Positions 40,374 through 50,308 of a DNA stretch of 64,000 nucleotides are shown here, piece by piece (within the stretch, counting starts at the first letter, position 1; each line of letters opens with the position of its first letter). Position numbers and translations under genes: made by a program. The DNA lies in contig OZ245842.1 in assembly GCA_965228895.1 (NCBI GenBank), positions 1,664,001 through 1,728,000 on the forward strand, given 5' to 3'. The notes beneath the pieces are model-generated. The model searched no databases. It saw only the letters and a list, made by a program, of their open reading frames with translations, and was not told where the DNA came from. This DNA is from Alphaproteobacteria bacterium. Its GTDB lineage: Bacteria; Pseudomonadota; Alphaproteobacteria; SP197.

Positions 40374-43220
40374 ATGGCGGTCGAGGGACTAGATAGTACG
40401 GCTTTGTCCGGCTCGGTGATGGCACCGTCGCCCCATGTGGTCGACGGCATGGCGCCGGGTGCGTTGGATATGCCGTTCGGCGACATGGCGCTGCGCGCCT
40501 CGTTTGATCGTCAGGGACCCGATCTCGTGATCGAGGGTCTCGACGGCACGCAGGTCGTCATCCAGGACTATTTTGCTACATCCGAACTGCGCGACCTGGT
40601 GTTGGGCGATGGCGCTGGCGTGCTCAAAGGCGCCCTGGTCTCGGCGCTCGCCGGCTCGCCCACCGCCGGCCAGTACGCCCAGGCCGAGACGGCGTCGTTG
40701 ACGTCCGGCGCGATCGGCCAGGTCGAGGCATCGACCGGTGAAGCCTTTGCCATTCGCGCCGACGGCACGCAGGTGACGCTCGAGGTCGGCTCGCCGATCT
40801 ACATGGGCGATGTCCTCGAAACCCCGTCGGACGGCGCCATTGCCGTTCTGTTCGCCGACGGCACGCGGTTCTCGCTCTCTGAAGACGCCCGCATGGTTGT
40901 CGATGAGCTGATCTATGATCCCGGCTCCGACAGCAACGTTGCCTCGTTCTCCCTGGTCCAAGGCCTGTTCGTCCTGGTCTCCGGCGATGTCGTGAAGACC
41001 GGTGACATGACGGTCGAAACACCCGTGGCGACGATCGGCATTCGCGGTACGTCGGCGGCCATCCAGGCGGCAGCCGACGGGCTGCAGAACCTCGTAACGT
41101 TGTTGCAGGACCCCGACGGCGGTGTTGGCCTGGTCGAGGTAGCGACGGCCGTCGGCACGGTGATTTTGAGCGAGATCGGTTCGACGACCACGGTCATGTC
41201 GCTGGATCAGGCGCCGACCCCGGTCGAGATCCTGGGTGGTGCCGATATCGAGGCACTCTACCGCGCCGCGCTCGCCACCATGCAGCTGATCAGCGACGCC
41301 AACCTTGGCGTCAGCGGCAGCGCGGTGAACGAGAGTACGGACACCAACACACCATCCGATGACCCGCCAACGTCCACGTTGACGCAGGCGGATATCACCG
41401 AGAACACGAACCCCGGCGACGGTGGCTCCGAAGCGGGCGAGCCGGCCGACCCCAACGCCGCCGTTCAGGCGTTCGCCGAGGCTGTCGGCGACCTGTTCGA
41501 GGCACTAGCCGAGGAAATCGAAGAGAACGAGACAGCGAACGCCGAAGATGAAACGGCGGATCCCACGCCGACCGGCGCATCAGCTGGTGACGAGATTGCG
41601 GGCGGCACACTGCCAGCCGATAAGAGTCTTCCGGACAAGGCGCGCAGCGATACGCCGGCCGAGGTCGAACCGCAGGTCGAGACGAACGACCAGGGCCTCG
41701 GCAATCCAGACGACGACGGTCCTGCCGACCCGGTCGTGGTCGTTGTTGGCGGAGCAGAGACTTTCTTGCGCGGCACGTTCATCGAGCTTGGCGTCGCGGA
41801 GAACGGCGGTCTCGGCACCACCGGCGCGGCGCCCGACGACTTTGCGGCTGCCGATCAGCTCGGTGGCGCCGGCCTGTCGTTCTACGGCGATGACAGACCT
41901 CTGGCAGGCGATGATGCCACAACCGGTGACGCCTTCTTGCCGGGCATTCCGGTTGAGAACTTCACGATCGCATTCACCGATGGTGCTGGCGACTTTGTCG
42001 GATCCAACCAGGGTGGCGGCCGGGGAACTGACATCGATATGGGTTTCGACGGTACGGCGTCCGGCGGCGGCGTGAGTTCGGTGACGTCGGCGGGCGGCGT
42101 CGATGGTCGCCTCGATGTCAGTCAGACCATAAGCCTGGGCCAGAACGACACGTTCTTCACCACCACGGTAACGCTGACCAATACCGGTGATGGAACGATC
42201 ACCGGTTTGCGCTATATGCGCAACGCCGACCCCGACCAGGACGCCACTGGCGGCGGCACGTTCAACACGCTCAACGATGTTCTCATGAACCCCGACGGGT
42301 TGGATGTGGCGGCGGTCGACGCTCAGGGGCCGACGAGCGATCAGAGCATCTTGCTGCTGGCCGACCAGGGGGCGTTGAACGCGGCCAATGGGTTTGATGA
42401 CGGTACGATTGCGGTGCGCGCGTCGGCCTTCGGTTTTGAGAACCTCGACCCGTTCGATCCCAGAGCCTTCGACACGCCGGCCGACCCGGATGGCCGGTCG
42501 GGCGATCTCGGCATCAACCTGGTCTATGATCTTCCGGATCTCGCACCGGGTGAATCGGTGACGATCTCGTGGGTTACCTCGCTCAATGCGCCCTCCGACG
42601 GTAACGATGTTCTTGCTGTGCGCGGCGACGACGTGGCGGCCGATGGCGGTGACGGCGATGACAGCATCTACGCGTCGCGCGGCGATACGGCTGAACTGCT
42701 GAACGGCGGCGACGGTGACGACCGGTTGTTTGCCAACAGTCAGGGCGACAATGGTGACGTATTGGACGGCGGCGACGGCAATGACGTCCTGTTTAGCAGC
42801 AGTGGCGGCGACACCATGACTGGTGGCAACGGCAGTGACCGATTTGTCTATGACAATGTCGATGACGGGTTTGCCGTTGCCGACAACACCGCGTTCACGG
42901 ACCTGGTCGGTCCGTCGCCCGATGTCATTGTCGACTTCGAAAGCGGGGCCGATACCGTGCAGTTCCTTAGCAGTGCGTTCGGCGGATTGACCGCTGGCGA
43001 ATTGCAGAACGGCATCAACTTCTCTGTCATCAACGATTCCTACGATGGTACGAACGCCGGCGCCAACGTGAATTACGGGCTGGGCGAGGGGTCCTTTATC
43101 TACTCGCTGGCCGATGGCGTGCTGCACTACGACGGCAACGGCGCGGCTGCCGGTTACACAGCGGTTGCCGCGATGGATCAGCCGGCGGCATCCGATATCG
43201 AGATCGTCGCAACGGCCTAG
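40374..43220 (+). CDS. Short paralog (948 aa) of the giant RTX protein, lacking the repeat array
   Basis: Near-identical N-terminus (MAVEGLD..., FADGTRFSLSEDARMVVDELIYDPGSDSNVASF) and homologous C-terminus (GDAFLPG.PVENF, YMRN.DPD, AAMDQPAASDIEIV). Confidence 0.9.
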   Translation: MAVEGLDSTALSGSVMAPSPHVVDGMAPGALDMPFGDMALRASFDRQGPDLVIEGLDGTQVVIQDYFATSELRDLVLGDGAGVLKGALVSALAGSPTAGQYAQAETASLTSGAIGQVEASTGEAFAIRADGTQVTLEVGSPIYMGDVLETPSDGAIAVLFADGTRFSLSEDARMVVDELIYDPGSDSNVASFSLVQGLFVLVSGDVVKTGDMTVETPVATIGIRGTSAAIQAAADGLQNLVTLLQDPDGGVGLVEVATAVGTVILSEIGSTTTVMSLDQAPTPVEILGGADIEALYRAALATMQLISDANLGVSGSAVNESTDTNTPSDDPPTSTLTQADITENTNPGDGGSEAGEPADPNAAVQAFAEAVGDLFEALAEEIEENETANAEDETADPTPTGASAGDEIAGGTLPADKSLPDKARSDTPAEVEPQVETNDQGLGNPDDDGPADPVVVVVGGAETFLRGTFIELGVAENGGLGTTGAAPDDFAAADQLGGAGLSFYGDDRPLAGDDATTGDAFLPGIPVENFTIAFTDGAGDFVGSNQGGGRGTDIDMGFDGTASGGGVSSVTSAGGVDGRLDVSQTISLGQNDTFFTTTVTLTNTGDGTITGLRYMRNADPDQDATGGGTFNTLNDVLMNPDGLDVAAVDAQGPTSDQSILLLADQGALNAANGFDDGTIAVRASAFGFENLDPFDPRAFDTPADPDGRSGDLGINLVYDLPDLAPGESVTISWVTSLNAPSDGNDVLAVRGDDVAADGGDGDDSIYASRGDTAELLNGGDGDDRLFANSQGDNGDVLDGGDGNDVLFSSSGGDTMTGGNGSDRFVYDNVDDGFAVADNTAFTDLVGPSPDVIVDFESGADTVQFLSSAFGGLTAGELQNGINFSVINDSYDGTNAGANVNYGLGEGSFIYSLADGVLHYDGNGAAAGYTAVAAMDQPAASDIEIVATA

Positions 43221-43238
43221 ACGGTTCCAAGCCCTCTC

Positions 43239-44687
43239 TTAGACGATCAAGCGCCCGGGATTAAGCAGGTCATCGGGGTCAAGCGCCTGCTTGAGCCGGC
43301 GCATCAGATCGAGCTCGACATCTGACTTGTAGCGCGCCATTTGCCTCAGGCGTAGACGGCCGACGCCGTGCTCGGCACTGAACGAACCATCCATCGCGAC
43401 GACCATGCCTTCGACCGCGTCGTTGATATCGCTTTCGCGCGCGAGAAGGGCGTCGCGCTCGGTCTCGTCACGGGCCGTCAGGTTGAAATGAATGTTGCCG
43501 TCGCCCAGGTGGCCAAACGCGATCAATAAGGCATCCGGCGCCATGCTGTTGATCAATGCCGTGCCGGCTCTCAAGAACTCTGCGACCCGCGAGACCGGTA
43601 CCGCCACATCATGTTTGATGCCGCCGCCGTTCAGCACTTGGGCTTCCGGTACGTTTTCCCTGATTGCCCATAGCGCCTGCGCCTGCGCCTCTGACTCCGC
43701 CATCACGGCATCGATCACCAGCCCGTCGTCCATGGCTTGGGCCAGCACCGCCTCGATCGTCTCGCGCAGGGCATTGCCTTCGCTGCCGGAACTCGCTTCC
43801 ATCAGGACATAGGCGCCATGGTCGCTGGCGAACGGGTTCTTGATCTGTGGCATCAGGGCGAAAACCAGATCGGCGGCGTCGCGAACCAGGTATTCAAAAC
43901 CGGTGATCTGACCGCCGGTCGCTTGCTGCGCATGATGCAGCAGTGTCACCGCTGCTTCCGCATCGCGCACGGCCAACCAGGTCGTGGCAACCGAACGGGG
44001 CCGGGGCCACAGCTTCAGAACCGCGCCGGTGATGATGCCGAGCGTGCCTTCCGAGCCCATGAACAACTGTTTGAGGTCGTAGCCGGTGTTGTCCTTGCGC
44101 AAGGCGCGCATCCCGTCCCATATCCGGCCGTCGGCCAGCACCACCTCAAGGCCAAGCACGTGGTCGCGGGCGTTGCCGAAGCGCAGCACATTGGTGCCGC
44201 CAGCATTGGTCGAGAGGTTGCCGCCGATCCGGCAGCTTCCCTCGGCGGCCAGGCTTAGCGGGTAGAGGCGGTCGGCCTCGGCGGCCGCCGCCTGGATATC
44301 AGCCAGGATGCAGCCGGCGTCGACGGTCATCGTGTTGTTGTCGGCATCGAGCGCACGGATCTGCGTCATGCGGTTAAGGCTCAGTACGATCTGGGTGCCC
44401 GTTGCGTCCGGCACGCTGCCGCCAACAAGGCCGGTGTTACCGGACTGCGGAACGACGGCGACGCCCGCCTCGTGGCAAGCCGCCACGATGGCAGAGACGT
44501 CCTCCGTGCTCGTCGGGCGCAGGACCAGAGGCGTCGCGCCCGGCCAGCGGTGGCGCCAGTCGTTGACATAGGGCTCGGTATCAGCGGCGTCCTCTAGCCA
44601 TCCGTTCGGCCCGACGATGGCCTTAAGAGCGTCGATAAACCCATGGGGCAGGGGCGACGGCGAATCGGTTTCAATGGCTGAAGGCAT
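43239..44687 (-). CDS. FAD-linked oxidoreductase (D-2-hydroxyacid / D-lactate dehydrogenase-like)
   Basis: QSGNTGLVGG, GGNLSTNAGG, LRKDNTGYDL, GSEGTLG, GHLGDGNIH, SAEHGVG, LNPG. Confidence 0.92.
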   Translation of the reverse strand: MPSAIETDSPSPLPHGFIDALKAIVGPNGWLEDAADTEPYVNDWRHRWPGATPLVLRPTSTEDVSAIVAACHEAGVAVVPQSGNTGLVGGSVPDATGTQIVLSLNRMTQIRALDADNNTMTVDAGCILADIQAAAAEADRLYPLSLAAEGSCRIGGNLSTNAGGTNVLRFGNARDHVLGLEVVLADGRIWDGMRALRKDNTGYDLKQLFMGSEGTLGIITGAVLKLWPRPRSVATTWLAVRDAEAAVTLLHHAQQATGGQITGFEYLVRDAADLVFALMPQIKNPFASDHGAYVLMEASSGSEGNALRETIEAVLAQAMDDGLVIDAVMAESEAQAQALWAIRENVPEAQVLNGGGIKHDVAVPVSRVAEFLRAGTALINSMAPDALLIAFGHLGDGNIHFNLTARDETERDALLARESDINDAVEGMVVAMDGSFSAEHGVGRLRLRQMARYKSDVELDLMRRLKQALDPDDLLNPGRLIV

Positions 44688-44697
44688 GGGCCGAAGC

Positions 44698-45675
44698 TTA
44701 GGCTAGATCGTCGGCCCGGCAAACCGACCCGGCCGCGCCGCGCTGCAGCCGGTCGTTGATCGCCCGGCCCAGGCCGTGATTGGGCACCCGCATGGCGGCA
44801 ATGCGACGTGCACCCGAGTGCTCGAGCGCGTGCAGCATGGCGAAGAGGTTGGCGGCGGCCTCCTTGAGATCGCCCGAAGCACTCAGATTCAGGGTCGTAA
44901 CGGCGCCAGAGAGTGGGTTTGGGCCAAAGGCGAGAAGCGCCTCGTCGGCGTCGACGGTGTGTGCATCAAGGCGCAACGGCACACGCGGCGCATAATGACG
45001 CGCCAGCATGCCGGGGGAGGGGACATGATCACTGTCGGGCTGGGTCGCATCTACGATGTCACCGAAGCGTGCTGCCAGGTCCTCGCATGAGACTGCGCCG
45101 TTGCGCAGCAGGCGTATGGTTTGATCATCGGTGCAGGCGACGACGGTGGACTCGAGCCCGAGGGTGCAGGGGCCGCCATCGATAATCAGGAGGTCCGTTT
45201 GCGGAAGGCCGTCGGCGACGTGCTGGGCCGTCGTAGGACTGAGCCGCCCCGAAGGATTGGCGCTTGGTGCCGCAAGCGGCAGCCCCGCTTTCTCTAAGAG
45301 GGCATGGGCAACCGGATGGGCGGGAACCCTGAGCGCCACTGTTTCGCCTCCCGCGCAGGCGAGATCGCAGACGCCGCCTGACCGGCGTGGCACGACGACG
45401 GAAAGCGGGCCGGGCCAGAACGCGTCGGCAACGGCCCTTGCGGCGGCGTTGAAAGTCCCCAGGTCCTCGGCGGCTGCCAGATCTTTGACATGGACGATCA
45501 GCGGATTGAACGTGGGCCTTGCCTTTGCTTCGAAGATGGCGGCGACCGCCTTGGGGTTGGTGGCGTCACCGCCTAAGCCATAAACCGTCTCGGTCGGGAA
45601 CGCGACCAGACCGCCGCCTTGCAGATGTTCGGCGGCCCGGGCAAGACTGGTTTCATCCGGCGGCAGAATCGGCAT
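44698..45675 (-). CDS. tsaC: L-threonylcarbamoyladenylate synthase (Sua5 type)
   Basis: AFPTETVYGLG, K.RP.FNPLI, WPGPL, AAPSANPSG, ESTV, SPGML..HYAP. Confidence 0.95.
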   Translation of the reverse strand: MPILPPDETSLARAAEHLQGGGLVAFPTETVYGLGGDATNPKAVAAIFEAKARPTFNPLIVHVKDLAAAEDLGTFNAAARAVADAFWPGPLSVVVPRRSGGVCDLACAGGETVALRVPAHPVAHALLEKAGLPLAAPSANPSGRLSPTTAQHVADGLPQTDLLIIDGGPCTLGLESTVVACTDDQTIRLLRNGAVSCEDLAARFGDIVDATQPDSDHVPSPGMLARHYAPRVPLRLDAHTVDADEALLAFGPNPLSGAVTTLNLSASGDLKEAAANLFAMLHALEHSGARRIAAMRVPNHGLGRAINDRLQRGAAGSVCRADDLA

Positions 45676-46440
45676 TCAGTCGGTGCGTCCTCTCACGATG
45701 AAACTGGGATTCTCGAAGCCAGGCTTGCCATAAGCGAGTTCATTGCCGTCGCTGTCGCACACGCTGCCGCCGGCTGCCCGCACCACCGCGTGCCCTGCCG
45801 CGGTGTCCCACTCCATGGTCCGGCCAAAGCGCGGGTAGACATCGGCCGTGCCCTCGGCGACCAGACAGAACTTTAGGGAACTGCCCGCCGATTTCGTGCC
45901 GGCGATGGCGAACTGCGTGAGGTAGGCCTCGGACTTTTCGTCAAGATGCGACCGGCTCACCGCCGCATAAAGCCCTTCATCCGGAGGCTTGCGCGCGCTG
46001 ATCCGCTCGGTCGAGGAGCCGGAGCGCCGGGTCGCCGTGTTGCCGTCGGTCGCATAGAGCAGATCTTTCGCCGGCGCGCCGACCACGCCGATGACCGGGA
46101 TGCCGCCGTCGACCAGTGCGATGTTGACGGTGAACTCACCGTTGCCGCTGATGAACTCCTTGGTGCCGTCCAGCGGATCGACCAGCCAGAACGCCGCGCT
46201 CAGGCTGTCGGGCTGACGGCCGCCGGCAACGCTTTCCTCCGCGACGGCGACAATTTCCGGTGTCAGGGCGGCAAGGCGTTCCAGAATGATGGCCTCCGCC
46301 GCTTCATCGGCGTCGGTGACCGGCGAGGCGTCGGCCTTGGCTCTGATCTCTGCGCAGCCATACTGGCGCATGATCTCAGCGCCGGCCTCGTCCGCCACGG
46401 CGATCAAATCGCCGAGCAGGCCGTTCAAACTCTTGGTCAT
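45676..46440 (-). CDS. cysQ: 3'(2'),5'-bisphosphate nucleotidase
   Basis: KADASPVT.AD, WLVDPLDGTKEF, EFTVNIAL, GSSLKFC, EWDTAAG. Confidence 0.95.
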   Translation of the reverse strand: MTKSLNGLLGDLIAVADEAGAEIMRQYGCAEIRAKADASPVTDADEAAEAIILERLAALTPEIVAVAEESVAGGRQPDSLSAAFWLVDPLDGTKEFISGNGEFTVNIALVDGGIPVIGVVGAPAKDLLYATDGNTATRRSGSSTERISARKPPDEGLYAAVSRSHLDEKSEAYLTQFAIAGTKSAGSSLKFCLVAEGTADVYPRFGRTMEWDTAAGHAVVRAAGGSVCDSDGNELAYGKPGFENPSFIVRGRTD

Positions 46441-46544
46441 CCCATGCTCCGTGCCGCGAGGCGGTCGTCATAGCGGGCCGGAAAGACACTGGCAAGGGCG
46501 AGCCGCCTGTGGTCGTCGGCGTCGTGATTGGTTAGTCTGATGCC

Positions 46545-47816
46545 ATGACTGCGCCAGCTCGTCTTGTGCCCCGTGGGGGAGGCCTGACAGCCTTGTTGCT
46601 GGGCCTGAGCCTCGCCGTTCTGCCGGCGCGGGCGCAAGAAACCGCGGGCGCCGAGCCGCCGGATCTCGAGGCGATGGTCGAAGCCGGTCAGGCCGTCCTT
46701 CTGCCGCTGGGCGATGCGTTCAAAGCGCCGGAACCGGCTGTCGAAACAGTCGTTGAAGAGACTCCGCCTGACGACGGCGAGGCCGATCAGACGGCCAGCG
46801 ATGACGGCGATATTGCTGACGCCACGACGTCTGACGAGCAGGTCGTGGAAGACAGCGCCGCGGAGGTCGCGCCGGGTGAACCGGAGGTCGAGGTCGCGCT
46901 GGAAGAAACAACCGAGGAACTTGAACCGGAAGCAGTTTCCGAGCCTGACGTGGTCACAGAGATCGTTTCGGATCAGGAGGTCATCGACGAGACGATCGAG
47001 GAAATCGCTGAAACCGAAGTCATTGAGACGCCGGAGCCTGATTTCCTGATCGAAGACGAAGTCGAGGAACAAGATGTCGGCGAGGTCGATCCGTCGCCGG
47101 ACCTTGAATCGGAGATCGAGGCGGCTGTTATCGATGAGGAAGGGATTGGAGAAGGGTCTGCCGATACAGGCGGCATCGAAGAGCAGATTACCGAGACGGT
47201 CATCGCCGAGGAAACCGTCATCGATGAGGTGATTGTTGACCCGGAGACCGGCGAGCTGGCGGCCGAGGCCATTGTCATCGAGGAAACGGTAGTCGAAGAG
47301 GTCACCATCGACGAGCCCGTCGTTGCGGAGCCCGCGGCTGAAGAGGTCGCTGCAGAAGAAACTGCGGTTGAGTTCGTTGAGACCGAGGAGCCGGTGACAG
47401 AACAGCCGGTTGAGCACGTCGAACCTGAAACCGAAGAGATCGTCGTTGCCGAGACGGTTGTTGAGACGCCTGATGTAGAGCCCGCGGCAGGCGATCAGCC
47501 GGACACCCTGGTCGGCGCCATGGTGCCGCTGCGCACTGCGGAACTGGGCAATGCCGAATCAATCGGCCCCTACCGCCTGTGGCTAGCCTCATACAAAACC
47601 GTGCGCCAGGCCAAGGAAGGCTGGCAGCAGATTGCGCTCGCCAACCAGGATCTGCTTGCCGACCTCACGCCCATCATTGTCCTTAAGGATTTGGGCCAGG
47701 ACGAAGGTACGTTTTTCCGCCTTCAGGCTGGACCCTTGCAGAGTCAGACCAGCGCATCCGCCCGCTGCACGGCCCTTGTCGACCGCAATGTCTATTGCTC
47801 GGTTCTCGGTCCCTGA
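46545..47816 (+). CDS. Exported SPOR-domain protein with a long acidic Glu/Val-rich linker
   Basis: Signal peptide ending ARA-Q; low-complexity E/V/T/P region; C-terminal LASY..A..W...FFRLQAGP...C...C SPOR pattern. Confidence 0.8.
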   Translation: MTAPARLVPRGGGLTALLLGLSLAVLPARAQETAGAEPPDLEAMVEAGQAVLLPLGDAFKAPEPAVETVVEETPPDDGEADQTASDDGDIADATTSDEQVVEDSAAEVAPGEPEVEVALEETTEELEPEAVSEPDVVTEIVSDQEVIDETIEEIAETEVIETPEPDFLIEDEVEEQDVGEVDPSPDLESEIEAAVIDEEGIGEGSADTGGIEEQITETVIAEETVIDEVIVDPETGELAAEAIVIEETVVEEVTIDEPVVAEPAAEEVAAEETAVEFVETEEPVTEQPVEHVEPETEEIVVAETVVETPDVEPAAGDQPDTLVGAMVPLRTAELGNAESIGPYRLWLASYKTVRQAKEGWQQIALANQDLLADLTPIIVLKDLGQDEGTFFRLQAGPLQSQTSASARCTALVDRNVYCSVLGP

Positions 47817-47833
47817 GAGGGCCCGACCGGCGG

Positions 47834-49795
47834 CTAAATCTCGTTTGAGACCTTTAGCCCCTCTAGCACCGCTTCTTCGGCGGTGCGCGGCGCCAGGCAA
47901 TCGCCGATCTCGTGCCATTCACCATCCCAGTCGGCCAACGCGGCGGCCAGGCCGTTGACCGCGGTATGGCCGAGCGATGTCACCACCGTGTCGACCTCGT
48001 CGACGATGATGGGTTCGCCGCTGGTCACGTGCTGAAAATAGGCGCTGGTATCGTCGACACCGAACAACCGGGCATAGGGGATCACCTTGACGCCCAGCGT
48101 GTTCAGGATGCCGGCCCAGTGATCGCGCACATACATCTGGATCGTCTGGCCGGGCATATAGCCGTCAACCGCCAACGTGACGTTGCAGCCGTTGCGCGCG
48201 AGCTGTTCGGCGACACCCATGCCGATCCAGTCGCAGCGCCAGTCGGCGACGACGACGGAGCCGCCGACATTGGCTTCGCCGCGCACCACGGCCCAGGCGT
48301 CAACCAGGTGCGCTTCATCCGCGCCTTCGATGTCGACGGCCCTGGGTTCGGCGCCGGTCGCGATGATGATGGCGTCCGGCTTTTCCTGTTCGACGAGGGC
48401 GCGATCGACCGCCTGGTTACGCACGACCGTAACGCCGGCAAGTTCCATCTCGCGGGTCAGATTGGTGACGATGCCGCCGAATTCGGCGCGCCCCGGCAGC
48501 ATCTGGGCCAACAGGGCCTGGCCGCCCAATTGGGCTGACATTTCGTAGAGTGTGACGTCGTGACCGCGCTCGGCGGCCACGGCCGCGGCCTTCATGCCGC
48601 CCGGGCCGCCGCCGGCAACCATGATTTTTTTCTTTGTTTCTAGAGGTTTGCGCGATCTGTACCGGATCTCGCGCCCAGTCTCCGGATGTTGGATACACGA
48701 GATGCCGACGCCCATATGCATGTGTCCAATGCACGCCTGATTGCAGCCGATGCACGCGCGAATATCGTCGACGCGGCCCGCAAGCGCCTTGTTCGCCATG
48801 CCGGGATCGCAGATCTGGGCGCGCGTCATGCCGATCATGTCGGCCTGGCCGGTGACCAGAACCTCCTCGGCCTGTTGCGGCTGGTTGATGCGCCCGGCGA
48901 CAAAGACCGGCTTGGAGACTTTGTTGCGCACCATCGCGGCGAACGGCGCAACGTATTTGTTCTCGATCCACATGGGCGGCACGATGTGGATCGATCCTCC
49001 AAGCGACGACGATGATCCGGCGATAACATTGAAATAGTCGAGGTCGCCGTCCTGATCGAGCTTAGTGATCGCGTCGACAACCGTGTCGATCTCGAGGCCG
49101 TCATAGGACATCTCGTCGCCGGAGATTCGCATGCCGACGATATAGTCGGGCCCGACCTTGCGGCGGATGTCGGCGGCGATCTCGCGAATGAAGCGCAGGC
49201 GGCCATCCAGATCGCCGCCGTATTCGTCGTCGCGCAGGTTAAGCTTGGGGTTCAAAAACTGCGCCGGCAGGTAGCCGTGGCTTGCCACGATCTCGACGCC
49301 GTCCAGGCCGGCACTCTGCATGCGCGCCGAGGCGTCGCCATAGCCGGCGACGATTTCGCTGATCATGCGTTTGGAAAGCGGGCGCGGCATGACATGGAAC
49401 CGCTCGTTGGGCACGGCCGACGGCGCGTAGGCGACCGGTGCGCTGCCATCGATCGTTTCAAAGTTCTCGCGGCCCGGATGGAAGACCTGGCCGAACACCT
49501 TGCAGCCATGGGCGTGCACAGCGTCCGCCAGTTTGCGGTAGCCGGGGATGCAGCGGTCGTTCATGGCGGAGATCGTGTGCGACGTGTAAACGCCGCTATC
49601 GTGGACCAGGGCGACCTCGGTGATAACCAGGCCCGCGCCGCCGGCCGCCCGCGACTCGTGATAAGCAACGAAGTCGTCGTTGGGCAGGAAGTCCGCACAC
49701 AGCGTCGTCATGTGTCCGGTCGAGAAGATCCGGTTCTTGAACGTGACGCCTTTGATGGTGAGCGGCGAAAACAGGTTGGGAAACATGTCTGACAT
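47834..49795 (-). CDS. NADH:flavin oxidoreductase (OYE family, N-methylproline/dimethylglycine demethylase-like)
   Basis: KNRIFSTGH, QVFHPG, SHGYLPAQF, MTRAQICDP, CIGCNQACIG, GGGPGG. Confidence 0.88.
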   Translation of the reverse strand: MSDMFPNLFSPLTIKGVTFKNRIFSTGHMTTLCADFLPNDDFVAYHESRAAGGAGLVITEVALVHDSGVYTSHTISAMNDRCIPGYRKLADAVHAHGCKVFGQVFHPGRENFETIDGSAPVAYAPSAVPNERFHVMPRPLSKRMISEIVAGYGDASARMQSAGLDGVEIVASHGYLPAQFLNPKLNLRDDEYGGDLDGRLRFIREIAADIRRKVGPDYIVGMRISGDEMSYDGLEIDTVVDAITKLDQDGDLDYFNVIAGSSSSLGGSIHIVPPMWIENKYVAPFAAMVRNKVSKPVFVAGRINQPQQAEEVLVTGQADMIGMTRAQICDPGMANKALAGRVDDIRACIGCNQACIGHMHMGVGISCIQHPETGREIRYRSRKPLETKKKIMVAGGGPGGMKAAAVAAERGHDVTLYEMSAQLGGQALLAQMLPGRAEFGGIVTNLTREMELAGVTVVRNQAVDRALVEQEKPDAIIIATGAEPRAVDIEGADEAHLVDAWAVVRGEANVGGSVVVADWRCDWIGMGVAEQLARNGCNVTLAVDGYMPGQTIQMYVRDHWAGILNTLGVKVIPYARLFGVDDTSAYFQHVTSGEPIIVDEVDTVVTSLGHTAVNGLAAALADWDGEWHEIGDCLAPRTAEEAVLEGLKVSNEI

Positions 49796-49917
49796 GGCCT
49801 AGACCCGAGGGACTCATAAAGGGAGCGCGAGCTTAGCCAACCCTGGCCTGGAACGCCAAGCGCTGGCGGCATTTTTCCGCCTGGGCTAGGCTTTTGTCCG
49901 TCCATGACATGGGGATT

Positions 49918-50283
49918 ATGACCATGGCAAAACCCGCGACACAGCTTTTCAAACGCAGCGACATGGCGTTCGCCGACTATGGCGGGCCGCCTGGTAAGGC
50001 GACGATCGCCAGATTGGTCGGGCCTGATCTCAGCACCACCATGGGCGCCGGGATCGCCACCTTCGATGGCTGCTCGCTGGAGTGGACCGTGCTTTATGAC
50101 GAGCTGATCGTCGGTATCGAAGGGCTGTTCCGCCTGCGTGTCGGCGACGAGGTGTTCGAGACCGGGCCCGGGGACGTCATTTGGATACCCGAGGGGACCG
50201 CCTTGAAGTACGAGGGCGACGGTGCGACGGTGTTCTACGCACTTCACCCCGTTCAGTGGAAACAAAAGCACGGCCTGGACTAG
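49918..50283 (+). CDS. EutQ-like cupin protein
   Basis: MGAGIA.F, WTVLYDE, GPGDVIWIPEG, Y..HP..W. Confidence 0.8.
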   Translation: MTMAKPATQLFKRSDMAFADYGGPPGKATIARLVGPDLSTTMGAGIATFDGCSLEWTVLYDELIVGIEGLFRLRVGDEVFETGPGDVIWIPEGTALKYEGDGATVFYALHPVQWKQKHGLD

Positions 50284-50308
50284 GCCGGCGGCAGAGGGGA
50301 CCGACACC

